A DNA stretch of 64,000 bases, from assembly GCA_050015275.1 (NCBI GenBank), contig JBEKBS010000012.1, positions 34,786-98,785 of the forward strand, in the 5' to 3' direction. Numbering within the stretch: position 1 is the stretch's first letter; every line of letters begins with the position of its first letter. This document shows positions 30,636-40,201 of the stretch, piece by piece. The notes beneath the pieces are model-generated. The model had not been told where the DNA came from. It did not search any database and saw only the letters and a list, made by a program, of their open reading frames with translations. The DNA comes from Candidatus Aminicenantales bacterium. Its GTDB lineage: Bacteria; Acidobacteriota; Aminicenantia; Aminicenantales; Saccharicenantaceae. The position numbers were made by a program, and so were the translations under genes.

Positions 30636-32597
30636 ATGAAGGAACTCCGTTTTCTCTTTGCGGTCCACAACCATCAGCCGGTCGGCAATTTCGAACACGT
30701 CCTGGACAAGGCCTTCAAGGATTGCTACCGCCCGTTCCTCGAGCGTCTCGAAAAACATCCCCGGTTCAGGTTCTCCCTCCACTTTTCGGGCCCGCTCTGG
30801 GAGCACATGGAAAAAAAAGAGCGGACGAGCTGGGACCTGGTGAAGGCCATGGCCGGCCGCGGCCAGGTCGAGCTTCTCAGCGGGGGCTTCTACGAGCCCA
30901 TCCTGTCCGTCATCCCGGAGGAGGACCGCATCGGGCAGGTCCGGTTGATGAATGATTTCATCGCAGCGAACTTCGGCCAGACACCTCGCGGCCTCTGGCT
31001 GACGGAGCGGGTCTGGGAGCCGCACCTCCCGAAGTCGCTCGCCGCGGCGGGGATCGAGTACACCTTGCTCGATGAAGAGCACTTCCACTACGCCGGGGTC
31101 CGGAACCTTTATACCACGTATCTCACCGAGGACGAGGGCCGGCCCCTGCGGGTTTTCCCCATCGACAAGAAGCTTCGCTACATGATCCCCTTCCATTCCC
31201 TCGACAGGGTCGAGGAATACCTCAGGGAGATCCAGGCCTCGGGAGGAACGGCCATCCTGGGCGATGACGGCGAGAAGTTCGGGGTCTGGCCCGGGACGAA
31301 GAAATGGGTTTATGACGATGGCTGGCTCGAAAAGTTCCTGGCGTTCGTCGACGACCGGGGCATCCGGATGATGACCGGCTCGGAATACCTGGACGCCTTC
31401 CCGCCGGCGGGACGCGTCTACCTGCCTCCCGCCTCCTACGAAGAGATGATGGAATGGGTCCTCGAGCCGGCCGAACGCCGCGCCTATGAAGAGATCCGGG
31501 CCATTGTCCCTGAGGCAGACCGGCGGTTCCTCCGGGGCGGCTTCTTCCGCGATTTCTTCCTGAAATACGTCGAGAGCAACCACCTCCACAAGAGGATGAT
31601 CATGATCTCCCGGGAGGTCCACGCCTCGCCCGGGGATGCGGAGGCTGTGCGCGACCTTTACCGGGGCCAATGCAATGACCCGTACTGGCACGGCGTTTTC
31701 GGCGGACTCTATCTCCCTCACCTCAGGGAGGCCGTTTACCATCATCTCCTCGAGGCCGAGAAACGGACCCCGCGTCCGGGGGACTGGGCGACTCTCGATT
31801 ACGACCTCGATGGCCGGGAGGAGCTGTTCTGGCGCGGAGAGACATTCAACCTTCTCGTCAAGCCGTCCTTCGGCGGCAGCCTGGTCGAGGTCGACCATGT
31901 GCCCTGGGCCAGGAATCTCTCCGACGTTCTGTCCCGCCGGCCCGAATCCTATCATTTCCCGCGTGGCGAGGAGGCCGGCGAAGGGAAGAGCATTCACGAG
32001 ATCGAGAAAAAGCTCCCGCCCCGGGCGAAGGATCTCATGCGCTATGACTGGCATCCCCGCACCTCGCTCCTCGACCACTTCATCAATGCCGATTCCACAG
32101 AAGAGGACTTCAGGAAAGTCAATTACGGCGAGCAGGGGGATTTCGTCAACCAGCCGTACGAGGCTTCGGTCCGGGACGGCGGCCTCGACCTCGAGAGAAG
32201 GGGAGGGGTTTGGGTGGACGGGGAACGGGTCCAGGTCCTCGTCCGAAAACGGATCGAGCCCGGACCGGGCCTGATCAGGGTTGTCTATGACGTCGAGAAC
32301 CTCTCGGAAAGGAACCTCCGGCTCCGCTTCGGCTCCGAATGGAACCTCCTGGCCTTCCCCCAGGAAGTCGAGTTCCACCGCCGGGGCTGGGTCATCCTGT
32401 ACGGGGGGCGGCTCGCCCTGGAACCGCAAGACCCGGTCGAGCTCTGGACGATGCCCCTCGAGACACTCTCCCAATCCGAGGAGGGATTTGATATAATACA
32501 TCAGGGTTTCAGCTTCATGCCGTTGTGGACCCTCACCCTGGCCGGGAAAAAAAAGGAAAGGCTCGAGATCCTCTTGAAGGAGAGGAATGGCCAATAA
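30636..32597 (+). CDS. GH57 family alpha-amylase / 4-alpha-glucanotransferase with DUF1926-type C-terminal domain
   Basis: ATG 30636 verified. FAVHNHQPVGNF, LSGGFYEPIL and the WLTERVWEP motif are typical of GH57. At 653 aa it is like the archaeal 4-alpha-glucanotransferases. Confidence 0.8.
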   Translation: MKELRFLFAVHNHQPVGNFEHVLDKAFKDCYRPFLERLEKHPRFRFSLHFSGPLWEHMEKKERTSWDLVKAMAGRGQVELLSGGFYEPILSVIPEEDRIGQVRLMNDFIAANFGQTPRGLWLTERVWEPHLPKSLAAAGIEYTLLDEEHFHYAGVRNLYTTYLTEDEGRPLRVFPIDKKLRYMIPFHSLDRVEEYLREIQASGGTAILGDDGEKFGVWPGTKKWVYDDGWLEKFLAFVDDRGIRMMTGSEYLDAFPPAGRVYLPPASYEEMMEWVLEPAERRAYEEIRAIVPEADRRFLRGGFFRDFFLKYVESNHLHKRMIMISREVHASPGDAEAVRDLYRGQCNDPYWHGVFGGLYLPHLREAVYHHLLEAEKRTPRPGDWATLDYDLDGREELFWRGETFNLLVKPSFGGSLVEVDHVPWARNLSDVLSRRPESYHFPRGEEAGEGKSIHEIEKKLPPRAKDLMRYDWHPRTSLLDHFINADSTEEDFRKVNYGEQGDFVNQPYEASVRDGGLDLERRGGVWVDGERVQVLVRKRIEPGPGLIRVVYDVENLSERNLRLRFGSEWNLLAFPQEVEFHRRGWVILYGGRLALEPQDPVELWTMPLETLSQSEEGFDIIHQGFSFMPLWTLTLAGKKKERLEILLKERNGQ

Positions 32598-34236
32598 ATA
32601 TTTCTCCCTCGTCCTCCACAGCCATATCCCCTATGTCCTCGACCACGGCAGCTGGCCTCACGGGATGGATTGGCTGTATGAAGCCGCCGCCGAAACCTAT
32701 CTCCCTCTCCTCGGGGTCTTTGAGCGGCTGGCGGCGGAGGCCGTCCCTCCCCGGGTGAATATCGGCTTCACGCCGGTCCTCATGGCCCAGCTCAAGGACC
32801 CGGATTTCGTCCGCGGCTTCGACGGGTACCTGCGGATGAAGATCGAGGTCGCCGACCGCGACGGGGCCTCATTCCGGGCGACCGGGCACCCCCTCCTGTC
32901 CCTCACCGTCTATTGGGGAGAATGGTACCGGAAGCTCCTCCACGACTTCCACGAGAGGTACCACGGCGACATCATCGAAGGCTTCCGGTCGCTCCAGGAT
33001 CGGGGGCAGATCGAGGTCCTGACGTCGGCGGCCACCCACGGCTATTTCCCCCTCCTCAAGAAAGACGCCAGCATCCGCCATCAGATCGAGCAGGGGCGTC
33101 ACGTCTACCGGCGATATTTTGGACGGGAGGCCCGAGGTTTTTGGATCCCCGAGTGCGCCTATCGTCCGGCCTATGCCTGGAAGTCGCCGTTCGGTGACGC
33201 TCAAGCCACCCCCCGCCTCGGGGTGGACGAGATGCTGAGCCAGGAGGGGATCGGCTATTTCTTCGTCGACGCCCACCTCCTCAACGGCGGCGAAGCCAAG
33301 GGTGTCTACATCGACCGGTTCCCGGGCCTGAAGCTCCTCTGGGAAAAATCACGGAAGGAATACCGGCCGGCCGACGAGCTCAAGCGCGACCCTTATTCCG
33401 GGTATCTGGCCTATCCCTCGAATCTCCCGTTCTTCGTCCGCGATGAGGTTTCCGGCTCGCAGGTCTGGAGCCGCCAAATCGGCTATCCGGGAGACGGGTG
33501 CTACCTGGAGTTCCATAAAAAGCACTTCCCCGGCGGCATGCGCTACTGGCGGATCACTTCGAGCGATCCCGACCTGGCCCTCAAAGAGGCCTATGACCCG
33601 GCCGCCGCGGCGGGCCGGATGGACGACCACGCTTCGCACTTCGTTTCCGTCCTCGAGTCGGCCCTCAAGGACAAGGAGGCGGGGGTCGTCGTCGCCCTCT
33701 ACGACACCGAGCTTTTCGGTCACTGGTGGTTCGAGGGCCCCGAGTGGGTCTACCGCGTGATCAAGAAGCTCGCCCGGAGCCCGGTCCAGCCCCTGACGGC
33801 GGGCGAATGCCTGGAAAAGCTGCCCCCGACGGCGATCATCTCTCTGCCCGAAGGCTCATGGGGCCAGGGAGGGTTCCACTGGATCTGGCTCAACGAGGAG
33901 ACGGCCTGGATCTGGAAAGATATCTACCGGGTCGAGGAGGCCGAGGAGGAGATCCGTCCGCGCGCGGCCGTCCTCGACAAGCGCGTCCTCAAACAGTTCT
34001 ACCGGGAGAAATTCCTTCTCGAAAGCTCGGACTGGCCATTCCTCATCTCGACGTGGACGGCCCGGGACTATGCCGAAAACCGAGCGGCCGAGCACTTCAC
34101 GAGGGCCATGGAACTCGTCGGATGGCTCGGGAGCGGACGCGTCCTCACGGCCGCCGAGGAGGCCCTCCTCCGGGTTTACGAAAAAGAGGACGGACTTTTT
34201 GAGGAGATCGTGTTACCCGATGGAACTGTTGTCTAA
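32587..34236 (+). CDS. GH57 family 1,4-alpha-glucan branching enzyme
   Basis: LVLHSHIPYV, FWIPECAY and ELFGHWWFEGPEW are hallmarks of GH57 branching enzymes (DUF1957 C-terminus). Confidence 0.8.
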   Translation: MANKYFSLVLHSHIPYVLDHGSWPHGMDWLYEAAAETYLPLLGVFERLAAEAVPPRVNIGFTPVLMAQLKDPDFVRGFDGYLRMKIEVADRDGASFRATGHPLLSLTVYWGEWYRKLLHDFHERYHGDIIEGFRSLQDRGQIEVLTSAATHGYFPLLKKDASIRHQIEQGRHVYRRYFGREARGFWIPECAYRPAYAWKSPFGDAQATPRLGVDEMLSQEGIGYFFVDAHLLNGGEAKGVYIDRFPGLKLLWEKSRKEYRPADELKRDPYSGYLAYPSNLPFFVRDEVSGSQVWSRQIGYPGDGCYLEFHKKHFPGGMRYWRITSSDPDLALKEAYDPAAAAGRMDDHASHFVSVLESALKDKEAGVVVALYDTELFGHWWFEGPEWVYRVIKKLARSPVQPLTAGECLEKLPPTAIISLPEGSWGQGGFHWIWLNEETAWIWKDIYRVEEAEEEIRPRAAVLDKRVLKQFYREKFLLESSDWPFLISTWTARDYAENRAAEHFTRAMELVGWLGSGRVLTAAEEALLRVYEKEDGLFEEIVLPDGTVV

Positions 34237-35404
34237 GAAAACGCTGGTCATGGTCCTGTGCGGGGGAAAGGGAGAGAGGCTTTATCCCCTGACCCGGGAC
34301 CGGGCCAAGCCCTCCGTCCCGTTCCTCGGCTCTTACCGGATCATCGATTTCAGCCTCTCGAACGCCCTCAACTCGGGGCTCCGGAAGATCGCCTTGGTCA
34401 CCCAGTACAAATCCCTATCCCTTGAGCGGCACATCATGAACGGCTGGAACATCTTCCATGCCGAAAGCGGCGACTTCATCCTGTCCATCCCGGCCCAAGG
34501 CCGGGTCGGCGACCACTGGTACGAGGGCACGGCGGACGCCGTGTTCCAGAACATCTACACCATCCAGCAAGAGAACCCCGATCAGGTCCTCGTTCTCTCG
34601 GGCGACCACATCTACAAGGCGGATTACCGGAAGCTCCTCCTTTTCTCGGGGCAGCGGGACGCCGACGCCGTGATTATGACGAGGGTCATCCCGACCCAGG
34701 AGGCAAACCGGTTCGGCGTCATTGGGATCGATGAGGACCGCCGGATCATCGAGTTCATGGAAAAGCCGAAGAAGCCCTCCCCGACGCCCTGGGATCCCGG
34801 AAAGAGCCTGATCTCCATGGGCGTCTACTTGTTCAAGACGCCGGTCCTGATCAAGGCCCTGTTCAAGGACGCCCGGAGCTCCTCCAGCAGCCACGACTTC
34901 GGGAAGGACATCATCCCCAGCCTGACCCATGACTACCGGACCTTCGCCTACCTCTTCGACGATTACTGGGAAGACATCGGGACGATCGACGCTTACTGGG
35001 AAGCCAATATGGCCTTCCTGGCCGACCCCGCGCCGGCCATTCTCCGCGACCCGGACTGGCCGTTCCGGACCTACAAACCCCAATACCCTCCGGCCTTCAT
35101 CAAGGGAGGCACGATCCGGAATTCGATCCTCAGCCCGGGGGTCACCCTGGCCGGGGGGCGGGTCGAGAATTCGATCATTTCCCCGGGCGTCCGGATCTGT
35201 GACAGGGCGGAGGTTTGTGATTCGATCCTCCTCGAAGGGGTCGAAGTCGGCCGGGGGGCCAAGCTCAGGAAGGTCATCGTCGACAAGTTCAGCGTCATCC
35301 CCGAGCGCTTCGAGATCGGCTTCGACGCGGAAAAGGACGGCCGGAATTTCAAGATCAGCAAGTCCGGCGTGCGGGTCGTCCCCAAAGGCTGGAAGGACGA
35401 ATGA
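34220..35404 (+). CDS. glgC: glucose-1-phosphate adenylyltransferase
   Basis: ATG 34220 (MELLSKKTLVMVLCGGKGERLYPLT), PFLGSYRIIDFSLSN and a left-handed beta-helix C-terminus. Confidence 0.9.
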   Translation: MELLSKKTLVMVLCGGKGERLYPLTRDRAKPSVPFLGSYRIIDFSLSNALNSGLRKIALVTQYKSLSLERHIMNGWNIFHAESGDFILSIPAQGRVGDHWYEGTADAVFQNIYTIQQENPDQVLVLSGDHIYKADYRKLLLFSGQRDADAVIMTRVIPTQEANRFGVIGIDEDRRIIEFMEKPKKPSPTPWDPGKSLISMGVYLFKTPVLIKALFKDARSSSSSHDFGKDIIPSLTHDYRTFAYLFDDYWEDIGTIDAYWEANMAFLADPAPAILRDPDWPFRTYKPQYPPAFIKGGTIRNSILSPGVTLAGGRVENSIISPGVRICDRAEVCDSILLEGVEVGRGAKLRKVIVDKFSVIPERFEIGFDAEKDGRNFKISKSGVRVVPKGWKDE

Positions 35405-36744
35405 TCGAGAAGTACAGCGTCCTGGCCTCGGATTTCGAGAAGAACGCCCCTAAGGAGATGATGCTCCTGTCCATCATCTCCCAGAGCTTCTTCCAGCCGT
35501 TCTCCCTGGAAGACAACCTCCTCGTCATCATGACCGCCCTGACCTCCGGCTCGGGGGTCGGTTTCAACAGGGCCATGCTCTTCCTCCGGGACGGAGACAG
35601 CCTCCGGGGCGAGACCTGGCTGGGCCCGCGGACCTCCGAGGAGGCCGGCTACATTTGGGAGGTTCTCTCGACCCCGGGGATCGGCTACGTCGAGATCATC
35701 GAGCATAACCGGACCCTCGTCAGCAAGAACGAGGACACCCTCAGCCGCCGCATCAAGAATCTTGTTTTCACCATGGACGAGGAGACCTGCGCCTTGATCC
35801 CGGCCTGCGCGGCCTGCAACAAGGAGACCTACCTCGTCCGCGAGGCTTCGAAGGACCCGATGGTGGACAAGAAGTTCCTCGACCTCATCCAGGTCGACGA
35901 GTTCCTCTGCATCCCGCTCCTCGCCCGGGACGAGGTCTTCGGCGAGATCATCCTGGACAACGCCTTCACCCGCGTCCCCATCAGCCCGGGGGACATCAAG
36001 CTCGCTAGCCTCTGCGGCCTGATCGCCAGCAATTACATCTATTCGGCCACGCTCCACGAGCGGCTCCTCGACGCGGAAAAGATGGCCGCCATGGGCGAGA
36101 TGGCGATGTTCGTCACCCACCAGCTCAGGAACCCGCTGGTGACCATCGGCGGCTTCACCGACCAGCTCCTCCAGCCGGGCGTCTCCGACGACAAGAGGGA
36201 GCGGAACCTGAGGATCATCCGGGACGAGATCCAGCGCTTGGAGAATATCGTCTATCAGATGGGCCACTTCCTCAAGGTCAGCCTGAAAGAACCCGTCTAT
36301 TTCAGCGTCGGGCCGGCGATCGAATCCGTCCTCCGCAGCCCCGAGGTCCTGGCCAAAGGCCAGGGCTATGCCCTCAACGTCAAGATCGAGGAATGCCTGC
36401 CCCAGGTCCTCTGCGACCCGACCTCATTCGGGGAGGTCCTGCGAAACCTCCTGGACAACGCGTTCGACGCGACGCCCCCTGGAGGGACGGTTTCCCTGAG
36501 GGCCTACCGGAAGAACAAGGCATCGTTCGTCCTTTCGGTGAGGGACACGGGCCACGGCATCTCCAACCCCGACAAGGGCCAGCTCTTCAGGCCTTTCTTC
36601 ACCACCAAGGAGAAAGGGATGGGGCTGGGTCTGTCGTTCATCAAGAGGGTCATGGATACCTGCGGCGGAAAAATCGAGGTCCAGAGCCGGGCCGGGAAAG
36701 GGGCCCTGTTCAAGCTGATCTTTCAAAGCCGTGAAAGGGAGTAA
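35401..36744 (+). CDS. cytoplasmic sensor histidine kinase with GAF-like N-terminal region
   Basis: No TM segments. H-box FVTHQLRNPL, N-box LLDNAFDAT and G-boxes DTGHGI / GMGLGLS. It has an ATGA overlap with glgC. Confidence 0.8.
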   Translation: MIEKYSVLASDFEKNAPKEMMLLSIISQSFFQPFSLEDNLLVIMTALTSGSGVGFNRAMLFLRDGDSLRGETWLGPRTSEEAGYIWEVLSTPGIGYVEIIEHNRTLVSKNEDTLSRRIKNLVFTMDEETCALIPACAACNKETYLVREASKDPMVDKKFLDLIQVDEFLCIPLLARDEVFGEIILDNAFTRVPISPGDIKLASLCGLIASNYIYSATLHERLLDAEKMAAMGEMAMFVTHQLRNPLVTIGGFTDQLLQPGVSDDKRERNLRIIRDEIQRLENIVYQMGHFLKVSLKEPVYFSVGPAIESVLRSPEVLAKGQGYALNVKIEECLPQVLCDPTSFGEVLRNLLDNAFDATPPGGTVSLRAYRKNKASFVLSVRDTGHGISNPDKGQLFRPFFTTKEKGMGLGLSFIKRVMDTCGGKIEVQSRAGKGALFKLIFQSRERE

Positions 36745-36750
36745 TTCGCC

Positions 36751-37104
36751 ATGAAGAAGATCCTCGTCGTCGAAGATGAGAAGGCGCTCTGTCTCCTGTA
36801 CGGGGAGGAGCTCGGCAAAGCCGGCTACGCCGTCACGACGGCCTACGACGCCGACGCCGCCCTGAGGGAGCTCAAGAAAACGACCTTTGACCTCATCATC
36901 ACCGACATCCGGATGCCGGGGAAGAACGGGATCGAGCTCATCACCCAGATCATGGGGCTCCGCAAGGACATCCCCATCATCATCAACTCAGCCTACCAGA
37001 GCCACAAGGAGGATTTCATGACCTGGGCCGCCGACGCCTACGTCGTGAAATCGTCCTCGCTCGATGAACTCAAGCTCAAGATCAAGGAACTCATCGGTGA
37101 ATAA
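36751..37104 (+). CDS. single-domain response regulator (receiver only)
   Basis: 117 aa with KILVVEDE, the phospho-acceptor context DLIITDIRMPG and a conserved Lys (VVKS). There is no output domain. Confidence 0.85.
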   Translation: MKKILVVEDEKALCLLYGEELGKAGYAVTTAYDADAALRELKKTTFDLIITDIRMPGKNGIELITQIMGLRKDIPIIINSAYQSHKEDFMTWAADAYVVKSSSLDELKLKIKELIGE

Positions 37105-38129
37105 TGTCTGAACTCAGAAAAGACCTGATCAGCGGACGCTGGGTCATCATCGCCACGGAGCGGAGCAAGCGACCGGACGATTTCCGGCCGGCCGGCGGCA
37201 CGGCCCCGGTCGTGGAAGCCAGGGGGTTCTGCCCTTTTTGCGAGGGGAACGAGGGGAAGACGCCGCCCGAGGTCTTTGCCCTAAGACGAAGCGGGACCTT
37301 GCCTGACTCGCCGGGATGGCGGGTCCGGGTCGTCCCCAACAAGTTCCCCGCCCTCAACCGCGGGACAACGCCTCCCAAGCACACCAAGGGCGTATTCGAA
37401 TGGATGGAGGGCATCGGGGTCCACGAGGTCATCATCGAAAACCCCGACCACGACAAGGAGCTCGGCGACCTCCCTCCCGGGCATGTCCGGGACGTCCTCC
37501 AGGTCTTCCAGCAGAGGATCCGGTCCATCGAGGAGGACCTTCATTACCAGTACGTCCAACTGTTCAAGAACAAGGGAAAGGAGGCCGGCGCATCCCTCAG
37601 CCACCCGCATTCCCAGCTCGTGGCGACCCCCATCGTCCCGAAGCGGGTCAAGGAGGAGATCTACGGGGCCGAACGTCTGTTCCGAGGCCTCAAGGAATGC
37701 ACCTTCTGCCGGATCATCCGCGAGGAACAGGCCATGGGCGAGAGGCTCGTCTTTGAGAACCGGCACTTCGCCGTCATCGCGCCATTCGCCTCTCGTTTCC
37801 CTTTTGAAATGGCCATCTTCCCGCTCCGCCATTCGCCGTCCTTCACCTCCCCACGGGGGGAGGAGCTGGAGGCGATGGCCGAGACCATTAAGACCGTCCT
37901 GACCAAGTTGAAGACGACGCTCGGCGACCCACCCTACAACATGGTCCTTCACCAGGCGCCCAACCCGGCGCTCTCCCTCAAGAACTGGCCGGATATCGAC
38001 CACAACTACCACTGGCACATCGAGATCTTCCCGATCCTGACGAAGGTGGCGGGTTTCGAGTGGGGGACGGGTTACTACATCAATCCGGTCCCGCCGGAAA
38101 CGGCGGCGGGGTTCCTCAGAAAAGAATAG
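37104..38129 (+). CDS. galT: GalT-family (HIT superfamily) hexose-1-phosphate nucleotidyltransferase / NDP-sugar phosphorylase
   Basis: CPFCEGNE zinc knuckle and the HPHSQL active-site His-x-His. It has a TAATG overlap with the response regulator stop. Confidence 0.75.
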   Translation: MSELRKDLISGRWVIIATERSKRPDDFRPAGGTAPVVEARGFCPFCEGNEGKTPPEVFALRRSGTLPDSPGWRVRVVPNKFPALNRGTTPPKHTKGVFEWMEGIGVHEVIIENPDHDKELGDLPPGHVRDVLQVFQQRIRSIEEDLHYQYVQLFKNKGKEAGASLSHPHSQLVATPIVPKRVKEEIYGAERLFRGLKECTFCRIIREEQAMGERLVFENRHFAVIAPFASRFPFEMAIFPLRHSPSFTSPRGEELEAMAETIKTVLTKLKTTLGDPPYNMVLHQAPNPALSLKNWPDIDHNYHWHIEIFPILTKVAGFEWGTGYYINPVPPETAAGFLRKE

Positions 38130-38194
38130 GGACTGTCCTCGGAGGGGCTGTCCCTTTGAGCGGGCTCGCCAGCGAACCCGTGACGGCCCCACCC

Positions 38195-39643
38195 CTAAGA
38201 GAGTCCCTTGATCTTTCTGTAGAGCCCGAGATACTCTGCGGCCGATCTCGTCCACGAGAAATCGGAGGCCATGGCGTTCCGGATGAGGGCCCCCCAGAGG
38301 TCCGTCCGGGAATACGTGTCGAGCGCTCGGCGGAGAGAGAGCAAGAGCGCCTCGACCGACGCGGCCTCGAACTTGAATCCGTTCCCCTCGGCCGAGCCCG
38401 GCTCGAACTCCTGGATAGTGTCGTCGAGCCCGCCCGTGGCCCGGACGACCGGGACGGTCCCGTACTTGAGGGCGTACATCTGGGTCAGGCCGCACGGCTC
38501 ATAGCGTGAGGGGATCAGGAAGATGTCGCTCCCGGCATAGATCGTGTGGGCCGCCTTCTCGTCAAAGGCGATCATCAGGCCGAGGCGGCGGGGGTGTTTT
38601 TTCTTGGCATTCTTCAGGAAGTCCTGGATCTTCTGGTCGCCGGTCCCGAGGATGACGACCGTGACGCCCAGACGGAAGACCTCGTCGAGGGCGTCGCAGA
38701 CAATGTCGACGCCCTTCTGCCCGGCCAGGCGTGTGACCATCCCTGCGACCGGGGAACCGCCAGCGTTTCCTAGCCCAAACATCTCGAGCAAGCCCGCTTT
38801 CGAGCGGGCCTTTCCGGAAAGGTCGCCGGGGGAGAAGCGGGCCGGGATCAGCCGGTCCGTCGCGGGGTCCCAGTCGCTGTAATCGACGCCGTTCAGGATG
38901 CCTGAGAGGGCTTGGGAGCGCCATCGCAGGAGCCCGTCCAGGCCGCAGCCGAACTCCGGCGTCTGGATCTCGCGGCTGTAGCGGGGGCTCACGGTATTCA
39001 CGGCCGTCGCATAGAGGATGCCGGCTTTCATGTAGTTGACCTTGCCGAAGAACTCGAGGTCATTCATGTTGAAAAGCCGCCCGGGAAGGCCGACCGCCGC
39101 CAGGACCTTTTCCTCGAAAAGACCCTGGTAGGCAAGGTTGTGGACCGTGAAGAGGGACCGGGTGTCCTTGAAGAACGGGTCGTCGCCGTGGACGTACTTC
39201 AGGTACGCGAAGGCGGAGGCCGCCTGCCAATCATGGCCGTGGATGACGTCGGGGGAGACGCCCAGGGCTCTCATCGATTCGAGCGAGGCCCGGGCGAAAA
39301 AGGCGAAGCGCTCGCCGTTGTCGGGATAATCGCCCGCCGGGGTCCCGTAAAGGCAGTCCCGGTCGAAATATTCATCCCGGACGATGAAATACACGGAGAA
39401 CCCGTCCGCCCGATGCTCGAGGACGGAAAAGCCGGCCCTGGCCCCGGCCCAATCCAGGGAGAGATCTTCGACGACGTTCCGCAGAGGGAGGCCCTTTTTC
39501 CGCACTTCCCGGTAAAAAGGCATGAAAACCCGGACGTCTGCCCCGAGCCGGGCCAGGAACTTCGGCAGGGCGCCGGCCACGTCGGCCAAGCCGCCCGTCT
39601 TGGCGTAGGGGATGGCTTCTGAGGCAAGGAATGCTATTTTCAT
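38195..39643 (-). CDS. glgA: glycogen synthase (ADP-glucose type, GT5)
   Basis: MKIAFLASEAIPYAKTGGLADV N-terminus and a C-terminal GT-B region (PSRYEPCGLTQMYALKYG). Confidence 0.92.
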   Translation of the reverse strand: MKIAFLASEAIPYAKTGGLADVAGALPKFLARLGADVRVFMPFYREVRKKGLPLRNVVEDLSLDWAGARAGFSVLEHRADGFSVYFIVRDEYFDRDCLYGTPAGDYPDNGERFAFFARASLESMRALGVSPDVIHGHDWQAASAFAYLKYVHGDDPFFKDTRSLFTVHNLAYQGLFEEKVLAAVGLPGRLFNMNDLEFFGKVNYMKAGILYATAVNTVSPRYSREIQTPEFGCGLDGLLRWRSQALSGILNGVDYSDWDPATDRLIPARFSPGDLSGKARSKAGLLEMFGLGNAGGSPVAGMVTRLAGQKGVDIVCDALDEVFRLGVTVVILGTGDQKIQDFLKNAKKKHPRRLGLMIAFDEKAAHTIYAGSDIFLIPSRYEPCGLTQMYALKYGTVPVVRATGGLDDTIQEFEPGSAEGNGFKFEAASVEALLLSLRRALDTYSRTDLWGALIRNAMASDFSWTRSAAEYLGLYRKIKGLS

Positions 39644-39731
39644 GATTCGGTTATTCTAGCACAATCCGGCCCTTTCAGGGAGGCTTGTGAATCATCCCAG
39701 CTTGGAATAAGATGGGGCCGAGAAAGATCCG

Positions 39732-40178
39732 ATGAAAAAAAAGACGGGAACGGAGGGCCTTCCCAAGGTCGTGGCCGCGATCATCGAGCGGGACGGGAAG
39801 GTCCTCGTCGCCCGCCGCCGGAAAGGCATCCGCTTCAGCGGCCTTTGGGAGTTCCCGGGCGGCAAGCTCAAGGACGGCGAGGACCCCGAGACCGGGCTCG
39901 AACGCGAGCTGGCCGAAGAGCTCGGCATTCAAGCGCGGGTCGAGACGTTCTTTTGCTTCGTCCCGTACCGTGCTCCATTCCTGTCGATCGAGCTCTTGGC
40001 GTACAGGGTGGCCCATGTCTCGGGAGAGCTCATCCCAATCGACCACGATGAGATCCGCTGGGTGGAGCCGGCCGGGCTGGATGAATCGGCCTTCACGGAG
40101 CCCGACCGGCCCGTGGTCCGGTTGCTCAAGGCGGGCGATACGACTCAGGGTCTGGGGGGCCCGGGCCCCGGCCGATGA
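39732..40178 (+). CDS. NUDIX hydrolase (MutT-like (d)NTP pyrophosphohydrolase)
   Basis: Nudix box GGKLKDGEDPETGLERELAEELGI. Confidence 0.8.
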   Translation: MKKKTGTEGLPKVVAAIIERDGKVLVARRRKGIRFSGLWEFPGGKLKDGEDPETGLERELAEELGIQARVETFFCFVPYRAPFLSIELLAYRVAHVSGELIPIDHDEIRWVEPAGLDESAFTEPDRPVVRLLKAGDTTQGLGGPGPGR

Positions 40179-40201
40179 GAGCGGCCTGTCAAGGAGCCCT
40201 C

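Noticed and set aside
40175-40201. Alternative rlmI start at ATG 40175, an ATGA overlap with the NUDIX gene stop.
   Set aside because: The ATG at 40202 is preceded by a strong AAGGAG at ideal spacing, and its N-terminus aligns with RlmI (..KGREK..RRHPWVFSGAV style). The upstream start remains possible.
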